The notes beneath the pieces were generated by a model. The model did not search any database. It was not told the origin of the DNA and saw only the letters and a program-made list of their open reading frames with translations. Both the position numbers and the translations under genes were made by a program. From positions 176,111-240,110 of the forward strand of contig CAYSHM010000002.1 in assembly GCA_964430885.1 (NCBI GenBank): DNA of 64,000 bases, written 5' to 3'. Numbering within the stretch: the first letter of the stretch is position 1; every line of letters starts with the position of its first letter. Shown piece after piece: positions 39,152-49,344 of the stretch. This DNA is from an uncultured archaeon. GTDB taxonomy: Archaea > Thermoplasmatota > Penumbrarchaeia > JASLWR01.

Positions 39152-40435
39152 ATGCCCCTTAACGCAAATATCAGGTTCCGAAGCTCATACTCATCAAGGT
39201 GTAACAGCATGAAAAAGGAAAACGTTCGACATACTGGAAAGATGATCCTGATCGGGCTTGTAATGTTAGGCTTTCTATTACCAATATCGCTTCTTGAGGA
39301 AGATGCCGCGGCTCAGGAAGCTCACGTGGGTAATACCACTGAGATGCGTGAGGTTCTATTGAGGATGAGCGATGATGAATTGATACCCATTCATCCAGAT
39401 AGGGATTCACCAGCCCGAAAAACCGTACCCAACGGTTATGAACCTCGAGGATACATTAAAAAAATCGGATCCGTGGAGGATAAATTGGTCGGCGAATGGA
39501 AAATGAGAGGGCTTAGCAATATAATAACTATTGGAAAACCCATTAAGTTCAGTTTATGGGTGTCATCGACAGGTCCCTCCAGCGGATATTTCAGTTTCCA
39601 GCTAAGGTATGGGTCAGCAGAAGTGGCCTATGTTGATGAGGAGTATGTCAGCGGCGTAAACGAGAACGGCAAACGCATAGAGGTTGTGGTAAATCAGGCA
39701 AACGTGACCATTACCGAGGGCGGCGAGGACCTTACTCTCACAATCTGGGGGGCTGTTAACGGAAACGGTATGATGATAGAGTACGGCGATATGCAGAGGG
39801 ATTCAGGAGTTTCCTTCATGAGCAATGCCATCCAGTTTGAGTCTATTATGGCCAGTAGAGATGCGGTAACCGTTGTGTTCAGCGAGGTATTCCACGCACC
39901 TCTAAATAGTCTTTATCCGGTACTTATTATTGATTCTGTAATAATGAGCGATGAGGTGAATATGCAGATAGACAGAGGCCGGTCTGACTGCGGCAAGGCA
40001 AGATTCACCTGGCCTAGGAAACTCATTGAGGAGTTTTTAACCGTCGGCCGTCATACATTTGAAGTGGGTGTTGCATATAACCGCCTTGATATTAACCACA
40101 GCTGGAGTATGCAGAAGGCTGTTGAGGTAATGCCTCCAAAGGAAAAAACCTTCCTGGAAAACTTCCAGTTCGGCGATGCCATGGTGCTGGGCATATTGGC
40201 CGTAATTATTGTTATATTTTTCATATATTCCATCTCGGTAATAAGCCAGAGACATAAACATCATAATAAATTTGTACGTGCGTCACCAGTACCCCGCAGT
40301 TATGGAATAGTAGCAAAGAAGAAAAGGGACCGGTTTTTAAAGCAGAAACAGAAATCAGAAAAAAACCCAGTATCAGTGAAACCTGCAAAAAGCAAACCAG
40401 TTGTCAAAGGTTTCAAGAAATTCAAGAAAACATGA
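39152..40435 (+). CDS. Single-pass membrane protein, unknown function, Lys-rich cytoplasmic tail
   Basis: Signal-like N-terminus (likely start ATG 39209), beta-rich ectodomain, TM near aa 345-365. Confidence 0.7.
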   Translation: MPLNANIRFRSSYSSRCNSMKKENVRHTGKMILIGLVMLGFLLPISLLEEDAAAQEAHVGNTTEMREVLLRMSDDELIPIHPDRDSPARKTVPNGYEPRGYIKKIGSVEDKLVGEWKMRGLSNIITIGKPIKFSLWVSSTGPSSGYFSFQLRYGSAEVAYVDEEYVSGVNENGKRIEVVVNQANVTITEGGEDLTLTIWGAVNGNGMMIEYGDMQRDSGVSFMSNAIQFESIMASRDAVTVVFSEVFHAPLNSLYPVLIIDSVIMSDEVNMQIDRGRSDCGKARFTWPRKLIEEFLTVGRHTFEVGVAYNRLDINHSWSMQKAVEVMPPKEKTFLENFQFGDAMVLGILAVIIVIFFIYSISVISQRHKHHNKFVRASPVPRSYGIVAKKKRDRFLKQKQKSEKNPVSVKPAKSKPVVKGFKKFKKT

Positions 40436-40438
40436 TTA

Positions 40439-41161
40439 TTATCCCAGTATACTTAATTTTTGAAATCGATCTTTGAGCAATTCCTCTATTTCTGCAAGCT
40501 GATCTTCTTTAAAGGGTTTCAATTCAGTATTTGAGAATCCTACTTTGTCCGGTGTTCTGTAATTCTGAACGGTGTAGCGGTCAGCACCGTTTATCATATC
40601 GCAAATTTTTTCCAGATCCGGTTTTTCCAGAAGATCCTTAACAACTGTGGTTCTGAATTCGTATTCCTTACCTGAGCTCAAAATCAGTTCAATGGATAAT
40701 TTGACAGAAGCGGTATCAACGCTTTTTCCTGTTAATAGTTTATATTTTTCAAGGGGGGCTTTTATATCCATGGCCAAATAGTCAATGATCCCTTCTTTGA
40801 TCAACTGACCGAGAACCTGAGGTCTGCTGCCGTTTGTGTCGATTTTAATTTTGAAACCCATTTCCTTAATTGAACGGATGAACTCGATGATATCACTTTG
40901 ATTGGTTGGTTCTCCTCCGGTAATAACAATTCCATCCAGCTGTCCAACCCGATCCTCAAGGAATTTGAATAATTCTTCATGGGTTATACTTGTAGGTTTA
41001 TTCAGGTCCAGCAGTTCGGGATTCTGACAGTAGGGGCATCTGAAGTTGCACCCTTGAGTAAAAATAACCGCCGATAATCTACCAGGAAAATCAGAGATCG
41101 AAAATGGTTCGATACCTCCGATATTTACCATAGGGTCAATCCTCGCATTGAATGGGGACAC
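40439..41161 (-). CDS. nrdG: Anaerobic ribonucleotide reductase activating protein (radical SAM)
   Basis: GCNFRCPYCQNP, ITGGEP, DTNGS, EFRTT; follows nrdD. Likely start ATG 41131. Confidence 0.95.
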   Translation of the reverse strand: MSPFNARIDPMVNIGGIEPFSISDFPGRLSAVIFTQGCNFRCPYCQNPELLDLNKPTSITHEELFKFLEDRVGQLDGIVITGGEPTNQSDIIEFIRSIKEMGFKIKIDTNGSRPQVLGQLIKEGIIDYLAMDIKAPLEKYKLLTGKSVDTASVKLSIELILSSGKEYEFRTTVVKDLLEKPDLEKICDMINGADRYTVQNYRTPDKVGFSNTELKPFKEDQLAEIEELLKDRFQKLSILG

Positions 41162-43247
41162 TGAACATTTTTCTCATTCCGAATTCTTCTAATTTACCCT
41201 TGTTCCATTGGCTAATAGGTCTAAGGTAACCCACGATTCTCGAGTATATTTCACAGCTGTTGCCGCATTTCGGACATTTTTCCTGTTCACCGTCAACATA
41301 TCCGTGGGTGCTGCAGACGCTGAAGGTTGGAGTAATGGTGAAGTAGGGCAGATGATATTCTTCACATATTTTCCTGACAAGAACACCTACTGTTCCAAAT
41401 TCTTTAGGTCTTTCTCCAATATAAAGGTGTATAACCGTACCTCCGGTATATTTTGTCTGCAGTTCATCCTGTTTATCCAAAACCTCAAAGATATCTGTGC
41501 TGTAATTTACGGGAAGATGTGAGGAATTGGTATAATAGGGTTCACAGCCGTCACGATATTCCTTCTCATTGGCGCATATAATATTAGGGAACTTCTTTTT
41601 ATCCAATTTAGCCAATCTATAAGAAGTTCCTTCGGCTGGAGTTGCCTCAAGATTGTAATTATACCCGCTCTCCTCTTTGAACCTCAATAACGCATCTCTC
41701 ATGAAATCCAATACTTCCAGCGAAAAAAGCCGCCCTTCTTTTGATCCGATATCCACTCCCAGGAAGTTGAGGCAGCATTCGTTCATTCCTATAAGACCGA
41801 TTGTAGAAAAGTGGTTTTTCCAGTATTCTCCGTATCTTTCTTTGATATTCCTCAGATAGAATTTCGAATAGGGATATAGATTGTCTTCAGTGAATCTTTC
41901 CAGCACTTTTCTTTTGGTCTGAAGGCTTTCCTTACTTAGGAAAATCAGTTCCTCTAATATCTTGAAGAAATCCTCTTTGGTTTTGGCTCTATGTCCTAGT
42001 CTGGCCATGTTTATTGTAACTACCCCAATGGAGCCCGTCAATGGATTTGAACCAAAGAGCCCGCCGCCGCCCCTTCTTTCCAGCTTTCTGTTATCGATCC
42101 TCAGTCTGCAGCACATGGACCGGGCATCTTCGGGGTCCATATCTGAGTTGATATAATTGGAGAAGTAGGGAATGCCGTACTTACCGGTGATCCTCCAGAT
42201 CCTCTGTGTATTATCGCTGTTCCATTGAAAATCCTTTGTTATATTGTATGTAGGTATTGGAAAGGTGAATACTCGTCCCCGTGAATCACCTTCTTCAAGA
42301 ACTTCCAATAAAGCCTGATTGAAAATGTTCATTTCAGTCTGGAAATCACCATAGGTTGATACCTGGTAATTTCCCCCTATCATCACCGGTTTGTCTCTAT
42401 AATAATGGGGGACATTCAGGTCGAGTGTTATATTTGAAAAAGGCGTCTGGAAACCCACTCTAGTAGGAACGTTCATGTTGAAGAAAAATCCTCTTACATA
42501 CCTCTTCACCTCATGAAATTCCAGTTTATCATAGTGTATGAATGGGGCTAAGAGCGTATCGAAATTTGAGAATGCCAGAGCACCTGCCGCCTCCCCCTGA
42601 AGGGTATAGAAGAAGTTCACTATCTGGCCAAGTGCCGAACTGAAATGTTCAGGTGGTTTGCTCTCGATCTTTCCAGCAGCGCCCTTGAACCCTTTTTGCA
42701 GAAGGTCGAAGAGGTCCCAACCAACACAGTAAACCCCGAATATACTGAGGTCGTGAATATGAAGATCTCCCTTGATATGTGCTTTACGTATTTCCCGGGG
42801 GTATATCTCATTGAGCCAATATGTCTTTGTAATTCCTGATGAGATGTGGTAGTTCAGTCCCTGCAGGGAAAAGGCCATGTTGCTGTTCTCTTTTATCTCC
42901 CAGTTATCCTTTTTTAGGTATTGATTGACCCTATTGATCTGTTCATTTATATCAATATCACGAAGTTTCTTATGCTGGTGTCGGTAGAGGATGAAGGCCT
43001 TTGCAATCTTGTAGTTACCATTTTCCACCAATACCCTTTCAACATTATCCTGGATATCCTCTACGTGAGGGATGGAGAAATCATCATGTTCATCAATCAG
43101 CTTCTTCACGACTATGTCTGAAAGTTCTTGAGCCAATCTCCTATCACCTACCTTTACTGCATGGGCTGCTGACCAAATAGCATTTGTGATCTTCTCCTGG
43201 TTGAAGTCGCTTATTGTCCCGTTTCTTTTCCTTATCTGCTTTAGCAT
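41136..43247 (-). CDS. nrdD: Class III (anaerobic) ribonucleoside-triphosphate reductase with ATP cone
   Basis: IRKRNG ATP cone, HIHDL, YC, SMCCRL, EATPAEG, C-terminal Zn site and SRIVGYLRP glycyl-radical motif. Confidence 0.97.
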   Translation of the reverse strand: MLKQIRKRNGTISDFNQEKITNAIWSAAHAVKVGDRRLAQELSDIVVKKLIDEHDDFSIPHVEDIQDNVERVLVENGNYKIAKAFILYRHQHKKLRDIDINEQINRVNQYLKKDNWEIKENSNMAFSLQGLNYHISSGITKTYWLNEIYPREIRKAHIKGDLHIHDLSIFGVYCVGWDLFDLLQKGFKGAAGKIESKPPEHFSSALGQIVNFFYTLQGEAAGALAFSNFDTLLAPFIHYDKLEFHEVKRYVRGFFFNMNVPTRVGFQTPFSNITLDLNVPHYYRDKPVMIGGNYQVSTYGDFQTEMNIFNQALLEVLEEGDSRGRVFTFPIPTYNITKDFQWNSDNTQRIWRITGKYGIPYFSNYINSDMDPEDARSMCCRLRIDNRKLERRGGGGLFGSNPLTGSIGVVTINMARLGHRAKTKEDFFKILEELIFLSKESLQTKRKVLERFTEDNLYPYSKFYLRNIKERYGEYWKNHFSTIGLIGMNECCLNFLGVDIGSKEGRLFSLEVLDFMRDALLRFKEESGYNYNLEATPAEGTSYRLAKLDKKKFPNIICANEKEYRDGCEPYYTNSSHLPVNYSTDIFEVLDKQDELQTKYTGGTVIHLYIGERPKEFGTVGVLVRKICEEYHLPYFTITPTFSVCSTHGYVDGEQEKCPKCGNSCEIYSRIVGYLRPISQWNKGKLEEFGMRKMFSVPIQCED

Positions 43248-43514
43248 TTTTTCACATCGAATTTATCTGATTGTTATTTTTTGTTCTGAATTTCTGATTA
43301 GTCACCTTTAAAGAAATGAGGATATTTTTATCCTGGATGTCTTTGCAATTGGGGGTTAAATAACTATCTAAAAATGTTTCAGAATTGTTCAGTTTTCTAT
43401 AGTTAGAAATGCCACTTTTAAGCAGTTGAATAGAAAAAAACTATAGCCTTACATTCCTAAATAATTATAATGAAACGATCATAATAAACCTTCAGTTCAA
43501 AAATGAAGCCCAAT

Positions 43515-44255
43515 CTATTCCAGATCCCCTGAATCCCTTTTGATCTTCCTCACGGTTCCAGCCAGGACACCCATTATTGTATGGTATTCCCAATTTGTAG
43601 GAACTGATCTTCCCATCATGCGTCTCCACAGTACCGCGGTCTTTTCCCTTCTCTGGGGTGGATAATTGATAAGTTCCATCAACTCGATGAAAGTTTCGAT
43701 GAGTTTTTCCCTTTCCACGCCGGTTGTATCCTTCAACCCTGGAATGAACTTCTTCGGTATCTTATTTCTCCTGTAGAACTCCCAAAGAACCAGGGCAACG
43801 GCGTGAGACAGGTTCATGACGGGATATTCCCTGCAGGTGGGTATTGAAAGGAGCATATCCAAGTGTTTCAATTCATCATCAAGAAGGCCAGTGTCCTCCC
43901 TTCCGAAGACCAATCCGAGACTGTTATCAGTTATATCACCTATTTTTTCAAAGAGCTGGTCAGGTGTCAATGGATTTCGAACATGACCAGTCTGCCGAGT
44001 GTTCACGATACCTGTGGTCCCTATGTTGATAAGACTTCTATCCAGCGCAGTTTCGATCTCATCCAGTACTTCGGCTTTTGACAGGATATCATTTGCATGT
44101 TTAGCTCTATTTCTTGCTTCCTGATCAATTTCAGTAGGGTTGACAAGAATCAGATTCTTAAAACCGAAATTGGACATTACACGGGCTACAGCACCGATAT
44201 TCCCTGAGAATTTTGGGCGAACCAGTATAACATTAATGTCCATCATGGAAAACAC
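43515..44255 (-). CDS. trmJ: SPOUT tRNA methyltransferase, TrmJ family
   Basis: LVRPKFSGNIGAVARVM.NFG, VFGREDTGL, MNLSHAV. Confidence 0.92.
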   Translation of the reverse strand: MFSMMDINVILVRPKFSGNIGAVARVMSNFGFKNLILVNPTEIDQEARNRAKHANDILSKAEVLDEIETALDRSLINIGTTGIVNTRQTGHVRNPLTPDQLFEKIGDITDNSLGLVFGREDTGLLDDELKHLDMLLSIPTCREYPVMNLSHAVALVLWEFYRRNKIPKKFIPGLKDTTGVEREKLIETFIELMELINYPPQRREKTAVLWRRMMGRSVPTNWEYHTIMGVLAGTVRKIKRDSGDLE

Positions 44256-44329
44256 AGAACAAAATTAAAAAAAAATTATGGAGGGAAACACAAGTTCCTC
44301 CTCCTCAATAAAATACTATCACTGGAATA

Positions 44330-45454
44330 TTACTTGATACCGTAGTATTCTACCATCCTGTGGTAAACATCTTCCTTTGGGGGCCTATCTCTGGGCCCGT
44401 CCTTCTCAACTCCCAGCGAGGAAGCGGCCAATGCATATTTTGTTGCTAGTAAGGCATCGCCCTTTTTCCTGAAGGCCACAAGGAATGCTGCTGAATATGT
44501 ATCTCCAGCTCCAGTAGGATTGATCTCATCTTTTCTGGCTCTTACGGCCTCCACAAAACAACCGGTCCTGTTGCCGTCATTGTCATTGTAATTGGTATAG
44601 GCGCCCTGGGATCCGAGAGTGGCGGTGACAACAATATTAGGATTGTCGAGTTCCAAAGCCTTGTTCACTAGCATTTTCACTCCCTTTTCGATACCTTCAT
44701 TGAACTCTGGACTGCCGGCCTCATATTTTAATAGGTCAAGGTCGCATAGGATTCCAAGTTCACCCTCATTTACCTTGAGCACAGTGATATGCTTCAGCAG
44801 CCTTTCAAGATCGTAAGGTTTCTCATATATCACTCGGTGGGGATTGGGCATATTGACCCATTCATTGACCAGGTCTTCGGGCATTCCCTCCCAATCCTTT
44901 GGTTCTGTTTGGCTGGGTTCTTTCAGGTGCCTAACAGCGCCTTGGACGTCCATTAAACATATAGCATCCTTTACATTTTCTGAAATCTTTTCAAGCACAT
45001 CCACCGGGATCTCATCTATCATGGGCATGAACAAGAATGTTTTTGATTTTAGGTAAAGCGGGGGGATCATGTCAAATCTTATCGACGGATTTTCATCCCA
45101 TATCATTCCGATAGTTAATTTCCTTTCATTGTTGGGATACCAAACTCTCAGTAAAGGCATCTCTTCATAGGGAAAATGCACACCTGCAATGTCTATCATA
45201 TCATTGTTTGAAATGTCCAAATACATCTTTTCCGTTAGGAATTCGTCAGCTACAAAGCTAACAAGTCCTACTTTCTCTCCTTGAGCGGCAGCTGCAATTG
45301 ATGCATATGCTGCCGGACCGCCAAAATCCTCATTTATCCAGAAATCGCCGTCCTCTTCTCTCTCAATATATATCTGGTCGTGGTTCAATCGTCCCATGAC
45401 TACAATATCTGGGATCTTCTTAGATTCAAACTTATTTTTTACCATTCTTTTCAC
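44330..45454 (-). CDS. PfkB/ribokinase-family kinase (divergent)
   Basis: GGPAAY, DVQG, LKVNEGE, TLGSQG, NPTGAGDTY. Confidence 0.88.
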   Translation of the reverse strand: MKRMVKNKFESKKIPDIVVMGRLNHDQIYIEREEDGDFWINEDFGGPAAYASIAAAAQGEKVGLVSFVADEFLTEKMYLDISNNDMIDIAGVHFPYEEMPLLRVWYPNNERKLTIGMIWDENPSIRFDMIPPLYLKSKTFLFMPMIDEIPVDVLEKISENVKDAICLMDVQGAVRHLKEPSQTEPKDWEGMPEDLVNEWVNMPNPHRVIYEKPYDLERLLKHITVLKVNEGELGILCDLDLLKYEAGSPEFNEGIEKGVKMLVNKALELDNPNIVVTATLGSQGAYTNYNDNDGNRTGCFVEAVRARKDEINPTGAGDTYSAAFLVAFRKKGDALLATKYALAASSLGVEKDGPRDRPPKEDVYHRMVEYYGIK

Positions 45455-45467
45455 TTCCTATAACTCA

Positions 45468-46091
45468 TTAATTACTGTTATTTGTATCAAATTCCTCAAT
45501 TGTTTTTATCTTGGTAAATTTTTTAATCTCAATATCGCTTTCGCGAAGCATTTCCATTGATAGATCGTCAATATATTTTCTGACAAATACTATCTTCTTG
45601 ATTCCACAGTTCATGAGCATTTTTGTACATATGCTGCAGGGATTCTCAGTTATGTAAATGGTCGCCCCCTTTATTGCTACGCCCGAGTAGGCCGCGTTGG
45701 CAATGGCATTCTGTTCTGCATGTGCACCTCTGCAGATTTCATGCTGTTCTCCAGAGGGAACGTTCCTTTCCATTCGGATGCAGAAACCTAGTTGGAGGCA
45801 GTTGCGGACCTGTCTTGGTGCACCGTTATAACCCGTCGACAATATCCTTTGATCCTTGACGATCACAGCTCCTACATTTCTTCTGAAGCAGGTGGATCGG
45901 GTAGCAACCATGAAGGCCATGTTCATGAAATATGTGTCATAATGTGGCCTTTCATATTTTTTGGGATATTCCGCTAGTTCCTGCATGAAGATGATGGGAT
46001 CCATCAATTGATCTTGAGGTTTCTCCAATTCATCCTTTTTATTATTACACATACTTAGTTTCACCTTAGATTTTTCTAATTGATCAATCAT
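45468..46091 (-). CDS. dCMP deaminase family (ComEB-like)
   Basis: RSTC.RR.VGAVIV, GYNG, HAEQNAI, PCSIC. Confidence 0.93.
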   Translation of the reverse strand: MIDQLEKSKVKLSMCNNKKDELEKPQDQLMDPIIFMQELAEYPKKYERPHYDTYFMNMAFMVATRSTCFRRNVGAVIVKDQRILSTGYNGAPRQVRNCLQLGFCIRMERNVPSGEQHEICRGAHAEQNAIANAAYSGVAIKGATIYITENPCSICTKMLMNCGIKKIVFVRKYIDDLSMEMLRESDIEIKKFTKIKTIEEFDTNNSN

Positions 46092-46103
46092 TCCAATTTG
46101 AGT

Positions 46104-47027
46104 TCATATTCTTAGCATATCCCTAAACAGGTCATATCTATACCAAACATCTTCCATGGTTATCTCAGTCATTTTCTTAATGGAAAAATCCATAAGATTG
46201 AAGGATGCCATCACCATACCGAATAGAAGCGATTTGTGATATATGTCAGAAAGTTCAATTTTTGTACCATGATTTGAGGCCAGCATTCCCATGAAACCAC
46301 CGGCAGTAGAATCCCCACAACCTGTCGGATCCACCACTTTCATATCCAGGGTTATAAAGGCCGGAACCTGGTACATACTTTCAGGTTCGAAATATACAGC
46401 ACCATGGGATCCTTTTTTGATTATCAGTTTGTCAACTCCGTCCTCCATGATACTTTTTCCTGCATTCTTAATAATACTCTTACCGGAATACATCTTTGCT
46501 TCGTTGCTGTTCAGAAACACGATGTCCGCATTTTGAAAAGCCTCAACAACCTTATCTTTCTTACTCTCGATCCACATAGCATGGGTATCAAGAGCTATTA
46601 CCTGATTTTCATTCAGCTTCTTCATGATGTCCAACTGGATCTCAGGATCATTTGCAGATAGGTAGATGAATTTGCATTTATCGATGTCTTTCGGCAATGC
46701 TATTTCACCATCACCTACATTCATATCCACGACATGGTAATGTTCATCGGCCAGCTCACCGTCGTATTCGACATCAAAATGTGTAGAGGGTCCTTCTAAA
46801 ACATTAAGACCCGATATATTTATACCCAATTTTTCCAGCTGGCCCAGAAGAACTTGCGGATAATCAGTCCCTATATTTGAAATCAGATGTACTTTGGTAA
46901 AGAAGGACGCCGCTACTGCAGCATATCCTCCAGATCCTCCAAAAACTTCTTTTTCCACCCTGTTAGGAACCCTTATGGTGTCCACACTCACACAGCCAAT
47001 TATACCCAGATCGCTCATAATTATCAC
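46104..47027 (-). CDS. PfkB-family sugar/nucleoside kinase
   Basis: FGGSGGY, FLNSNEA, KKGSHG, DPTGCGDS. Confidence 0.9.
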   Translation of the reverse strand: MIIMSDLGIIGCVSVDTIRVPNRVEKEVFGGSGGYAAVAASFFTKVHLISNIGTDYPQVLLGQLEKLGINISGLNVLEGPSTHFDVEYDGELADEHYHVVDMNVGDGEIALPKDIDKCKFIYLSANDPEIQLDIMKKLNENQVIALDTHAMWIESKKDKVVEAFQNADIVFLNSNEAKMYSGKSIIKNAGKSIMEDGVDKLIIKKGSHGAVYFEPESMYQVPAFITLDMKVVDPTGCGDSTAGGFMGMLASNHGTKIELSDIYHKSLLFGMVMASFNLMDFSIKKMTEITMEDVWYRYDLFRDMLRI

Positions 47028-47086
47028 ATTTCGAGATCTATATTTTTTACTGTTTTACTATTATTGAAAGATGTTGAAAATATTAA

Positions 47087-48010
47087 TTATTTGTTGAACA
47101 TATCCCTGAACTGGTCGTATCTCCTCCAGATATCCTCCTTGGTGAGATCGAGAAGCCGGTTGTAGCTTACATCCTCTATCTTGAAAGAACGGACCACTAA
47201 ACCCAGAGCCAAGGCCTTAAAATGTTGATTATTCACCTTTTCACTCAGGCCATCACATTCGGCCAGGAACCCTAAAAAGGCGCCAGCGAGTACTCCGCCG
47301 CATCCGGTTGGGTCAATGAAATCCATATTCAATTTATCATATGCAATGAAAGGGAACATCTTGTCGGGTTGGAATAGTACCGCACCATGCTCACCCTTTC
47401 TTACTATCAGATGGGACATACCAGCCTTCAGTAGGTCCCTAGCTGCATTTGTCATTTGTTTTCTACCCATCAATCGGCACATTTCATTGTCCTTGATGAA
47501 CACAATGTCTGCTTTTTTCATCAGATCCTTGACCTTATTAGGGTATTTGCTTATCCAGTGCAGATGGGTAGACAGTGCTATCACTGAGTCGCAGTTCAAT
47601 CCTCCAATGATCCCGTTTTGAATATCTGGATGATTGCCTGCAATATATACATATTTGAATTCCTGAATCTTTTGAGGCAGTTCAATTCCTCTCTCCAGAA
47701 CATTCAGCTCTACTATGCCGCCCTCAATCTCCTTGAGTTCTTCGTCATAAGCAATTTTGAACCTTGTTGATGAAAGAGCTTCCTTGATTTTTACAGATAA
47801 GACATCAATTCCTTTTTCTCTCAGAGCCTCAAACAGTTCATCAGGGTAGTCGGATCCTACACTTGAAATAATCGATGTATCTGTGAAAAAACTGGAGGCA
47901 ATGGCCGCATAACCCGCAGCCCCTCCGAATACGTTTGAATGATTTCTTCTATCATGAAAACTTACATTGTCCAGGCTGAGTGCACCTATTGTAGCCACCT
48001 TGTTTTTCAT
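47087..48010 (-). CDS. PfkB-family paralog lacking the catalytic Asp
   Basis: FGGAAGY, RKGEHG, DPTGCGG (D replaced by G). Confidence 0.85.
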   Translation of the reverse strand: MKNKVATIGALSLDNVSFHDRRNHSNVFGGAAGYAAIASSFFTDTSIISSVGSDYPDELFEALREKGIDVLSVKIKEALSSTRFKIAYDEELKEIEGGIVELNVLERGIELPQKIQEFKYVYIAGNHPDIQNGIIGGLNCDSVIALSTHLHWISKYPNKVKDLMKKADIVFIKDNEMCRLMGRKQMTNAARDLLKAGMSHLIVRKGEHGAVLFQPDKMFPFIAYDKLNMDFIDPTGCGGVLAGAFLGFLAECDGLSEKVNNQHFKALALGLVVRSFKIEDVSYNRLLDLTKEDIWRRYDQFRDMFNK

Positions 48011-48094
48011 GTCGAGTGCTCCTATTTATATATTATCTGAATTTATATTTTTTATCCGAACCCGATACTGGTTTTCTGTGGTCCCAAATCGTTT

Positions 48095-48946
48095 TTATTG
48101 CTTTAGCAGCGTATGCCAAAACCTTGAACCTGACTTTTTCTTCTGTTCATCCATTTTTTCCAGTACCTTAAAAGCGTCAAGTCCAGCGAGTATACAAGTT
48201 CTCTCCGCTTCCTTTTTGGTATCCGGGCCGATGAACGTCCCCTGAGGTCTGCTGGCATATACAGCGCATATTGTGGATGCCCTTAAACCTTTGAGGCTAG
48301 CCAAGGTGAAGAGTGTGGAGCTCTCCATCTCGAAGTTTGCCACATTCATATTTGTCATTCTTTCCTGAAGGTCGGGATATTTCAGAGGTATGCCGGGAAT
48401 ATTTCGCCCCTGGGCCCCATAAAAACCTGAAGCTGATGCTGTGAAACCCATGTGATATGTAAGTTCATTCTTTTCACAGGCCGCTATCAGGGCCAGAACC
48501 ACTTCATAGCTGGCCACGCATGGATATCCTTCATCCACAAAGAATAAGGATGTGTTCTCCAGCCTGACAGCCCCGGTTGAGATTACCATGTCTCCAACGT
48601 CCATCTCGGGCTGCAGCCCGCCGCATGACCCCACTCTGATAAAGGATGGTTCCTTTGTTATCTGGATGCATTCTACCATTGCTATCTCAACATTGTCAGT
48701 ACCGATTCCAGTGGACATAATTGAAATCTCGGTTCCTTTGTATTTGCCGGTATAAGTGAAGAACTCACGGTTTTTTCTTTCTATCCTTATGTTATCCAGG
48801 AATTTGGACGCTTTCACTGCTCTCTGGGGGTCTCCCACAAATATAATTTTCTCGGCCAATTCTCCCGGTGCTAGATTTATGTGATATTGTCTATTCTCAG
48901 CATCGCTAACAATCTCAGAACTCTGTATAGCTTTACATTCCACCAT
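48095..48946 (-). CDS. udp: Uridine/nucleoside phosphorylase (PNP_UDP_1)
   Basis: QYHI, VGDPQRA, NREF, STGIG, RVGSCG, FYGAQGR, NFEMESS. Confidence 0.9.
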   Translation of the reverse strand: MVECKAIQSSEIVSDAENRQYHINLAPGELAEKIIFVGDPQRAVKASKFLDNIRIERKNREFFTYTGKYKGTEISIMSTGIGTDNVEIAMVECIQITKEPSFIRVGSCGGLQPEMDVGDMVISTGAVRLENTSLFFVDEGYPCVASYEVVLALIAACEKNELTYHMGFTASASGFYGAQGRNIPGIPLKYPDLQERMTNMNVANFEMESSTLFTLASLKGLRASTICAVYASRPQGTFIGPDTKKEAERTCILAGLDAFKVLEKMDEQKKKSGSRFWHTLLKQ

Positions 48947-49344
48947 TTGATCACCTTTTGATTGTAATTATTCTCTTTAATTCATAATCAATAATATTGA
49001 TCATTACATAGAGAGGAATATATTCATAATCCGCAGATAGCGAGATCCTGATTATATTATTCCATAGTAATAATTCAATACCAGTAACTAATCATATCTA
49101 CCAGGTGAATGATATTATTTTATTAATATATTGTCAGTTAATTAAACAGTAATATTAATAATAGTTTTAGGGTCCGAACCTAGTGTAATAAGGGTCAGGT
49201 GATGATAGATTTAATAGTCAGTTTTTACAGATAAATATGGTCTTTCCCTCGATGGATAATATAGAGGTTTTAAATATATATTAATTCCAACATATACCAG
49301 TAAGTGCAGAAAGATTAAAAATACAATCAGGAGCAGGAAATAAT

